Assembly: GCA_965208835.1 (NCBI GenBank)
Contig: OZ242358.1
Location: 3,296,001-3,360,000 of the forward strand
Length of the DNA stretch: 64,000 bases
Direction: 5' to 3'
From: Candidatus Latescibacterota bacterium
GTDB taxonomy: Bacteria; Latescibacterota; UBA2968; GCA-2709665
The notes below the pieces were generated by a model. The model had not been told where the DNA came from. It did no database searches and worked only from the letters and a program-made list of their open reading frames with translations. Below, in pieces: positions 56,761 through 64,000 of the stretch. Within the stretch, counting starts at the first letter, position 1, and the number at the start of each line of letters is the position of its first letter. The position numbers and the translations under genes were made by a program.

Positions 56761-58575
56761 TTACAGATCTTCATTCGGCATCTGCGGATGTTGGGCAGGA
56801 AAGAGCGCATCCAGGAGCTCAGCCGCATCGCCAGTAAGCAACATATCCGACCGATCGGCAATCTCAATTGGCGCTTCTTTTCCAATGATGATTTGTGCAA
56901 ACTCATGACCACTTTCAACGCTGTTGTCTGCTTTGCCACCAGGTTGCGCAGAGACTTCACCGTTGTCGATGGATAGAATTACAGACTGATCCGGGATGGA
57001 GATCTGTAATGTGCCTATGAAATCTCTGAGATGCGACTTTCGTAATCGTCGAGATAACTCCGGTGCGATCTTGGTCAGCGTCGTCTCAAGGTTGATGATG
57101 CGAATCTGGTTCCCCGTCCGACCATTGTGGTTTCTGGCTGAATAAAGATGAGGCAACTGCCGCACGCGTCGTGCCAGCGCGCTGCGCCAGGGTAGTCGGA
57201 CGAATTGCACCCTGGGTCCCCGGTATTGCCGGGCAAGTTGCCCTAAAACGCGCAGGATCTGTTCCGGATCACCGGCTGAATCCGTATGACGCAGGTCGCG
57301 CCCCTCGTGATCTTTCTCTGTATTCGGGCCATCGTAGAGATAACCCACCGCACGTCCGGTTTTATCGTTGAAAATGTACGCCGTCCACGGATCGTCGTCT
57401 TCCGGCGGGCATTTGCCTCTTCGGTATGTTGGACGGACGGTCGTGCCGGTCAATCCGTCGTGCCATCGATTGTGAAGTTCAGCCAGGTCTCTGCGCCCGT
57501 GAATCACGTTGACATGTACTTCCCCCAGCTCTATTTCCGGGGCTGCTTCGGGCAGGTGCTCGGTGTCTATAAAATACGTCTCCTGATCCGGCCAGGCAAG
57601 CACGTAGCCGAAATTCGCAAAGCGATCGAGCGGTTCGGTACGTGTACACGACATATCATAACCATGGGCATACATGGCGTCCAGCGCCGCCTGAATTGTT
57701 GCCGCGTAGATCCCCTCATCCCGATAGTCGGGATGCACGGTCGGCAGATTGATGCCCCCGGTCCGAACCGTTGCGCTGCCGATACGCATCGAGAGATCAT
57801 AAATGCCCGCGTGTGTGACCACATCACCATCCAGCGTTCCGATCCGCGACGTCTGCCAGTCGTAGTGACTGTGCGCGATGCGTCCGGCGCGACACTGACG
57901 GCCGATGGCGTTCCAGCGCCTGTCCAGCAACTCATAGATACCTTCGCTATGGTTCGTTTGATCAGGCGCCAGGATTTCTCGCACACGGTCAATGAACCGA
58001 TCGTCCCGCGAAGGCCGGTTCTCATGCATATTGTCCTTCACCATATCGAATAGCCTTTCCTTGAGCCGTTTCCGCGCAGACCGCAGACGGTTCTTCACGA
58101 CGGCGACTGACACACCCAGAAAAGCGGCCACTTCCCGCTGTGAATAATCCGAGATGTAGAACAAAGACACGGCCTGACGCTCGTTTTCGTGCAACGTGTC
58201 GATCGCTTCTCGCACAAGGCACCGCATCTCGTTTTCTTCTGTTGTTCGATCCGGATGTTGCTCTTCCGATGCGATCTCGACGAGTTGCTCCATCGATACA
58301 ATCTCGACCTTCTTACCCCGGCGCGTCATCCGATCGCAATGTTTGAACACGATCTTGCGTAACAAAGCAGGAAAGGCGAAGACGTCGTACACCCGCTCCA
58401 GATTCACCCACGCCTCTGTAAACGCCTCCTGCGCCGCGTCCTGCGCCAGGTGAAAATCCCTCAACAATGCGTACCCGTATCCCACCGCGAGATCTTGAAA
58501 GTGTGCCACAATCTGCTCGTAGGCCTTCAGATCTCCTCGCTTTGCGCGTTCAAATATCGGCTTCAGTGTCTCCAT
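56761..58575 (-). CDS. ECF sigma-70 factor fused to an Eis-like GNAT/SCP2 module
   Basis: LAQDAAQEAF; EVAAFLG...VKNRLRSAR; GGI...VHPDYRDEG; C-terminal SCP2-like segment. Confidence 0.88.
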   Translation of the reverse strand: METLKPIFERAKRGDLKAYEQIVAHFQDLAVGYGYALLRDFHLAQDAAQEAFTEAWVNLERVYDVFAFPALLRKIVFKHCDRMTRRGKKVEIVSMEQLVEIASEEQHPDRTTEENEMRCLVREAIDTLHENERQAVSLFYISDYSQREVAAFLGVSVAVVKNRLRSARKRLKERLFDMVKDNMHENRPSRDDRFIDRVREILAPDQTNHSEGIYELLDRRWNAIGRQCRAGRIAHSHYDWQTSRIGTLDGDVVTHAGIYDLSMRIGSATVRTGGINLPTVHPDYRDEGIYAATIQAALDAMYAHGYDMSCTRTEPLDRFANFGYVLAWPDQETYFIDTEHLPEAAPEIELGEVHVNVIHGRRDLAELHNRWHDGLTGTTVRPTYRRGKCPPEDDDPWTAYIFNDKTGRAVGYLYDGPNTEKDHEGRDLRHTDSAGDPEQILRVLGQLARQYRGPRVQFVRLPWRSALARRVRQLPHLYSARNHNGRTGNQIRIINLETTLTKIAPELSRRLRKSHLRDFIGTLQISIPDQSVILSIDNGEVSAQPGGKADNSVESGHEFAQIIIGKEAPIEIADRSDMLLTGDAAELLDALFPAQHPQMPNEDL

Positions 58576-58657
58576 CTCGATCCTCTGATTGTGAAGGCCT
58601 TCACCGATAATATCCCATTTGGACTGCATTGGGTGTACTTATCCTGAGTTTTTCTCA

Positions 58658-59242
58658 TACCTGTCCAAAAACGGATTTGATTAACTACGAAAATCGCGAA
58701 ATAAACGGCTGGAAAAATCGTCCAAGACCATTGGCGAAACGAGTCGATCCTACCTTTGCGAAGACTGTCATGTTGAGGACTTGCCTCGAGCGTGTCGAAA
58801 GGCCATCAGGCAGTCGATGCGTCCGCGCACAAGCTCATCTACAAAGGGCATGTAGTACACGTACAATCGAGAATACGGGAGATTCTTCGCTGCGCTGTGA
58901 TTGACGCGCTTTGCGATTGCCCGTGGTGAAACGCTGAGCCCACACCTTCGCAGAGCATGTTATCCTGAGAAGGCCCGCGCGCTCAGAATGGCATGTTTAA
59001 AGATTGTCATGCACGTGGCTTCCCGTTGTCATCCATAGGACCTGCCCTGAGCGTGCTTGCATTGAGCTTGTCGAAATGTCGAAGGGTGCCCCCAGGCCGA
59101 CGAAGGATCTACTGCAGCATCGGTCCCTCCCCGTGTGATTTGCACGTGTCGATACCTGAGGGGCAGCACGTCCGCCTGCAGCGCGAGACCGAAGCGCCGA
59201 CAGATGCTTAACTCCGCTCGGAATGCCATGTATTGCAACAAA
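58658..59242 (+). repeat. Composite repeat island, copy 2
   Basis: Shares blocks with 3447-3950; 23-nt units at 58780-58802 and 59041-59086 (nested). Confidence 0.8.
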
Positions 59243-59384
59243 CGCGAGAGTGCGAGACCGTGCCGTTCGATGGGATCCGAACTGCCTGTGGTGTATTCGA
59301 GACGAGTAGACGGAAAGGAATGGCGGGAGGACTTTGAGTGGCTGGTCTGTTGGGGTTTCTTGTCTTTGCCTTCTATATGCATCT

Positions 59385-59438
59385 GTCTATCGACAAGCTT
59401 GCCTAGACTCATATTGCACGTTATCTGGAGACGGTGTC
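59385..59438 (-). pseudogene. 5' stub duplicating the leader and start of the methyltransferase at 53892-54659
   Basis: CTATCGACAAGCTTGYCTAGACTCATATTGCRCGTTATCYGGARACGGTGTC occurs in both places. Confidence 0.8.
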
Positions 59439-60564
59439 AGGCCGGGGTTCCGCGCCAGAAATCGTTGTACGCCGCCAGCGGCCCTTCACCGTGCGGCCCG
59501 GTAGCCAGGTCGAGCCCCCCGAAGAGATAGACGGCCCCGCCCCCCACTGCCATAACGGGGATTCGCTTCACACCGGGACGTTTGGCGGCGACAGAATAAT
59601 CCTTCGCGCCGTTGTGTGGATACAGACAGTCCCACCGGCCGGCTCGAAGATCGTACTGCCACAGATCGTTCAACTGGGGGTGCTCCCCTTCCCCTCCTGC
59701 AAATCCTCCGAACAGATACAGGTGATCTCCGATCACAGCGTATCCCAGCCCGTACCGGGGGGAAGGCCGTGCAACGTCATCCGGCCGGTTCTCCTCAATG
59801 CAGGTCCAGGCGCCTCCGCCGGGATCGTATTCCCACAGATCGTTGTAGAACTCCGGCGTTCGATCCTGGCTGTCCCGGCCGCCCCACAGGTAGAGCCTGC
59901 CGTTCCAGCCGACCAGCACGGGACAGTACCGTTTCGGCGGCCAACCGTTGCGCCCATTCGATGCAGGCCCCAGGTGCTCCCATTTCCCGGCCGGCGCCTT
60001 GTAGCTCCACAGCTGTGCATGCGTCATCGCGCCGTGTCCACCCATCACATACAGGCAATCGCCCAGAACGGCCGCGCCCCTACTCCCCGATCCGGCGGGA
60101 CGATGCCCATCCGCCATTATTCCCGATGTGCGCCCGTCGTCGGGCTCTATCAGCTCCCACGAGGCAGTCTTCGGATCGTAGGCCCAGAGATCGTTCAGCT
60201 TGATCTCCCCCTTGCCGGGGCCCCGCACTGAGGACCCGCCAAAAAGATAAAGCCTGCCGTTCAAGGGCACCCAGGTCGTGAGCTTCCGGGTACACGGTCT
60301 GGTATCGGACGGTTTGAACCCGATGCGCCCATCGTGGTCTTCCAGCCGCGTCCACCTGCCTCGACCCGGGTCGTAACGCCACAGGTCGTTCAGTGAACCC
60401 TGGACAGAGAGATCTCCAGGCCCTTTCGGCTGGCCGTACATCACTTTTATTCCCCCGAACAGATAGACGCAACCATCGCAGCTCAACATCCCGCCGAAGG
60501 CCGCCCGCCTGCAGGGTACATCCTCGGCCTGTTCCTGGTCGGGATGCAGCAGTTCCCACTTCAT
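59437..60564 (-). CDS. Kelch repeat protein
   Basis: Repeated LYLFGG....NDLW.YD....W. Confidence 0.9.
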   Translation of the reverse strand: MKWELLHPDQEQAEDVPCRRAAFGGMLSCDGCVYLFGGIKVMYGQPKGPGDLSVQGSLNDLWRYDPGRGRWTRLEDHDGRIGFKPSDTRPCTRKLTTWVPLNGRLYLFGGSSVRGPGKGEIKLNDLWAYDPKTASWELIEPDDGRTSGIMADGHRPAGSGSRGAAVLGDCLYVMGGHGAMTHAQLWSYKAPAGKWEHLGPASNGRNGWPPKRYCPVLVGWNGRLYLWGGRDSQDRTPEFYNDLWEYDPGGGAWTCIEENRPDDVARPSPRYGLGYAVIGDHLYLFGGFAGGEGEHPQLNDLWQYDLRAGRWDCLYPHNGAKDYSVAAKRPGVKRIPVMAVGGGAVYLFGGLDLATGPHGEGPLAAYNDFWRGTPA

Positions 60565-60608
60565 CGTGGACCTCCGCACGGCCTGACATGTGATTCTGCG
60601 AGATGGCT

Positions 60609-62066
60609 TCAGGACGCGTAAAGAGCAAACAGCCTGGCGCGGTCCAGGTACACTTTAACCTTGACCCCGCCGCGAGCCTGTGAGACCATCTTCTCTTCGA
60701 GTCCACCTTCGTTATCCCCGACTGCGCCTTGCGGATCGCTTTTCCATTGTACCCGGTATTCTGTTTCATTCGCCGAGAAGGGGATGCAGTCTTCTTTGCC
60801 GAAACCCGGCACGACCCGGTCAAACGGATCGACGACCTCCACTCGAATTGAACCGCCGGTCGCATCGGCGTTGATCCACAACGAAGTGGGCCGGATACCC
60901 AGCGGGACCGTGGTCACCACCCCCTGCGCCTCCGTCTTCAGACAGACCAGCCGGTCCTTTTCGATCTTTGCCAGATTGATTCCCCGCCGGGATTCTTCAT
61001 CGTAGCGCGTCCCCTCGCCGTGCAATTCATTTGAGCAGCTGTGATAGACCCAGATCTCGTCGCCGCGGACAAAGGGGGAATGAGACGGATAGACACTTCC
61101 GCTGTCGTGGCTGCCGCGGGGGCCGCATTCAAGAATGGGTTCGCGGTTGCCCGCCCGGTGCCAGGTCCGGCCGTTCTTCGAGTAGGTCAACTGAATGTCC
61201 ATCCGGTTCATCCATTCCGGCATCCAGTCTTCGATCCGGTTCCGGGCGATCCACCCCTCGTTGAGCGTGTGAAACACGGACAGGAAGCCGATGCGAAAGC
61301 CGCGATACGCCACCGAACTCATTCCGTAAAACTCCCGGTCCTGCGGGGGATCGAACTCATCGGGTGCGACGATGATCTTGCGCGGGGTCCAGTTTTCGAA
61401 ATCATCGCTTTCAGCCATGCAAATGATGCGCACGTTAGGCCGGCCCCGCAGAAAGACGACGTAGCGGTGGATTCTTGTATCCCAATAGGCGACCAGGTGG
61501 GTATCCGAGCCCTGTGGAATGACCGGATTGAGCCAGCGCCGGGGCACGTCCCAATGAATCCCGTCGGCAGAATACGCCACACAGACCGGCTGGACGATAC
61601 CGGCGAATATCATGTCTCCGCTCTGGAACATAAAGAGCATCTTGTAGCGTTTGGCGGGGTCTGTTTCGATGGGGTCTTTCATGACTCCTGTCCCGGCCCC
61701 CCATCTCAGGAAGGGAAAGACCAGGTTGTTCTCTTTGCTGCCGGCGTCCTCGACGAGGTTGAGGACGGGTTTTTCCCAGTGGATCCCGTCCTTCGACACG
61801 GCGTAGGCCAGTCCGTCCGCACTTTCGCCACGCGCATCGCTCAATCTCCGGCTCACGCCGTACCACATCTTGAAGATATTTTCGTCTTCGTCGTACAGGA
61901 CGTTGACGTAGCCGCCGATCAGCCACTCCTCCTCCCAGGCCCGATCCTTCTCAATCAGAGGCTGGTGCGAAACTTTCTTTGCGGGTACGACCCCTTGCAC
62001 GACGCCGTCGAGATTCTCTACATACGTATTGTCAATGAACAGAAAGGCCGATTTCTCGTCCGTCAT
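60609..62066 (-). CDS. GH32/43-like five-bladed beta-propeller protein
   Basis: FKMWY, YAVSKDGIHWEKP, YSADGIHW, LTYSKNGRTW. Confidence 0.75.
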   Translation of the reverse strand: MTDEKSAFLFIDNTYVENLDGVVQGVVPAKKVSHQPLIEKDRAWEEEWLIGGYVNVLYDEDENIFKMWYGVSRRLSDARGESADGLAYAVSKDGIHWEKPVLNLVEDAGSKENNLVFPFLRWGAGTGVMKDPIETDPAKRYKMLFMFQSGDMIFAGIVQPVCVAYSADGIHWDVPRRWLNPVIPQGSDTHLVAYWDTRIHRYVVFLRGRPNVRIICMAESDDFENWTPRKIIVAPDEFDPPQDREFYGMSSVAYRGFRIGFLSVFHTLNEGWIARNRIEDWMPEWMNRMDIQLTYSKNGRTWHRAGNREPILECGPRGSHDSGSVYPSHSPFVRGDEIWVYHSCSNELHGEGTRYDEESRRGINLAKIEKDRLVCLKTEAQGVVTTVPLGIRPTSLWINADATGGSIRVEVVDPFDRVVPGFGKEDCIPFSANETEYRVQWKSDPQGAVGDNEGGLEEKMVSQARGGVKVKVYLDRARLFALYAS

Positions 62067-62114
62067 TGGTTTCTCCAGGTATTGAATTGCTCGATGATCA
62101 TCAAACGAACTCAC

Positions 62115-62204
62115 AGGGCTTGTCGAAGCGCCCGCGTTTCGGCACCCTTTTCCTTCGCCGACCCTTCGACCCTTCGACAGGCTCAGGGAGCGGCTAAGGG
62201 CGCC
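62115..62204. repeat. Inverted pair of hairpin units with a nested 23-nt insert
   Basis: GCTTGTCGAAGCG ... CCCTTCGA[CCCTTCGACAGGCTCAGGGAGCG]GCTAAGGG. Confidence 0.7.
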
Positions 62205-62311
62205 CGGTCAATGTAGTGGAAAAAGAGGTAGACTTTCGGGTGCTGCCCGTAATGTGTGTCAGTGCGGCCGGGGTGGTGGTTGGGGCTTCCTGGACGCAAG
62301 CCTGGAGCGTT

Positions 62312-63175
62312 CTACTTCAAAGTCTCCACAGCTCTCAAGAGGGATTCAGATGTTACCGAGTAGCCCAGGCGGGCTTCAAAATTGAGAATTGCGACTCGCG
62401 TTTTCCACAGTCCATCCAGAGTCTCAGCCGCTTCATATGTTGTGGTACAGTCGGTTACAACGATAGGCATGTAACCCAGGCGACTCATATTTCTTATGCC
62501 ATGGGGCTTATTCATCAGACATTCATCAGTCTCAAAGCCCATATAGAACAGAGTCTTGATACGCTTTTCAGCAAGGAGCCGATGAAACTGGTCTCCGGAA
62601 TACACCAGCAAATCGCCGTCCTGGGGTTCAACGGGTTCAGGTATCGATATTTCGTCATAGAGTCTCCCCTGAATATTCGCCCAATCCTCCATCCGCCATA
62701 TCAATTCGCTATGCTGACTCTTCCAATTGTCCACCCACTCTTGAGGAGGCCATTGGCCGTTTCGATTCTCTTTTGAGTTTTCGGAAGATGCAGAATTCTC
62801 AGATAGGCTCTGGCGCTCTTCATCGGTTGTCGACAGATTCCATTGAGGGTATTTTTTCAGAAAATCCGATTGATTGCAGTGAAAAATCTGGAAGTCCATA
62901 TCGCGAAGCGTATTTACCAGTGGCCCGACTGTTGTCTCAGTAATTCGGCGTTTTCGTTCAGCGTGGGAGCGACCTCGTTCAAAACTGCGATCACCAAGTT
63001 CTTCGTCATAGGGGCCATCATCCCAGCCAAAATTCCAAAAATCAACCAGCGCAATCCCAACTTCCTTGACGTCAAAAGTAAACGGGACACGACGCCGACA
63101 GAATGTCTCCTCCGTGAATGCCAATCCATCCTGGGGACTGCGTGGCGTATATTCAAGATCAACCGTGAAACCCAT
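62312..63175 (-). CDS. Isochorismatase/cysteine hydrolase family protein
   Basis: LVDFWN, YMGFETDEC, VVTDCT. Confidence 0.75.
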   Translation of the reverse strand: MGFTVDLEYTPRSPQDGLAFTEETFCRRRVPFTFDVKEVGIALVDFWNFGWDDGPYDEELGDRSFERGRSHAERKRRITETTVGPLVNTLRDMDFQIFHCNQSDFLKKYPQWNLSTTDEERQSLSENSASSENSKENRNGQWPPQEWVDNWKSQHSELIWRMEDWANIQGRLYDEISIPEPVEPQDGDLLVYSGDQFHRLLAEKRIKTLFYMGFETDECLMNKPHGIRNMSRLGYMPIVVTDCTTTYEAAETLDGLWKTRVAILNFEARLGYSVTSESLLRAVETLK

Positions 63176-63286
63176 AGGATGGCCTCGCTTTTGGACGCAG
63201 GACGCGCCGTCAGGTCTCTGGGCCGCATTGCACATATCGTTCCGCCGCGTCCAGGAGCTGGCTGCCGGGATGTTGTTGAAACAGTA

Positions 63287-63937
63287 CTAAGTTTGCATAA
63301 GCTCATGGATCAGCGGCGGAACCTGGCGTATATCGGTCAGTTGCCGCAGGGCGCCGGTGAAGTCCAGGCCGCGCGTCAGGCCCTGCGGTATGACGATGCA
63401 GCGCAGCCCGGCCGCAAGAGCGGCGCGCAGCCCCCGGTCCGAGTCTTCAATGGCGACGCATTCGGCGGCGCTGAGGCCGTTTTTCCGCATGGCCGTGAGG
63501 TAGGGCTCGGGGTCGGGCTTGGAATGCAGGTAGTCTTCACGCATGAGCGTGAAATCAATGTAGTCCAGCATGCCGGTAGCGGCGTGGATGATCTCAAAGT
63601 GCTCCCGCCGCGAACTGGTGACGATGCCCATACGCACCGTACCGTGGAGTTGGCGCAGCACCTGGCGCGCGCCGCCGATGACGGGCACGCCGGCCCTCAC
63701 GAGTTCGGTGAAGCGGGCGTTGCGCCGGATGCGGGCGGTCTCCAGCGTCTGTTCGTCTATGCCGTGTTCGGCCGCAATCCTCCTGAGGCCGTCGCTGGAC
63801 TTGAGGAAGAACTCGATGAAACGGGCTTCGCTCAGGCCGACGTCGAGGGTTTCCAGGATTTCGCGGCAGGCCTGGAAGTACAGGCCTTCGGTGTCGACCA
63901 GGACGCCGTCGTTGTCCCAAAGAATGGCTTTCAGCAT
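63287..63937 (-). CDS. HAD family phosphatase
   Basis: WDNDGVLVDTE, VTSS, KPDPEPY, IEDS. Confidence 0.93.
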   Translation of the reverse strand: MLKAILWDNDGVLVDTEGLYFQACREILETLDVGLSEARFIEFFLKSSDGLRRIAAEHGIDEQTLETARIRRNARFTELVRAGVPVIGGARQVLRQLHGTVRMGIVTSSRREHFEIIHAATGMLDYIDFTLMREDYLHSKPDPEPYLTAMRKNGLSAAECVAIEDSDRGLRAALAAGLRCIVIPQGLTRGLDFTGALRQLTDIRQVPPLIHELMQT

Positions 63938-64000
63938 GGTGCTTTAATTCCTTTCCGCCGACCTGCCGGTCTGCGAACCTGTGAATCAGGTTGTCGAAGG

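Noticed and set aside
1-64000. Integrase, transposase, reverse transcriptase, prophage or tRNA/rRNA
   Set aside because: No tyrosine/serine recombinase, DDE, HUH, RT or phage structural motifs in the ORF track, and no RNA gene recognised by eye.

Overview
GC-rich bacterial accessory region. About 60 mostly small, functionally unrelated genes lie on the minus strand; the only plus-strand gene is an ECF sigma factor at 10830-12152. Cargo is dominated by SAM methyltransferases, GNATs, APH-like kinases, nucleotidyltransferases, NUDIX, VOC, sulfotransferases, ankyrin/kelch/PD40 repeat proteins and ABC parts. I found no integrase, transposase, rRNA, tRNA or CRISPR array. Many gene boundaries carry a divergent ~85-90 bp AAC...GTT imperfect palindrome resembling eroded integron attC sites, so the window reads as an old cassette array that also contains pseudogenes and gene stubs. 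On top of this are several non-autonomous repeats: a 197-bp TA-flanked MITE, a 165-bp MITE inserted in frame in a DUF2442 gene, REP doublets, and an exactly 23-nt hairpin unit that repeatedly inserts into copies of itself at the same position with no target duplication. Gene content loosely suggests a host-associated lineage such as a sponge symbiont, which is inference only. Product calls come from motif recognition by eye, and several starts were moved from the ORF track to likelier codons.
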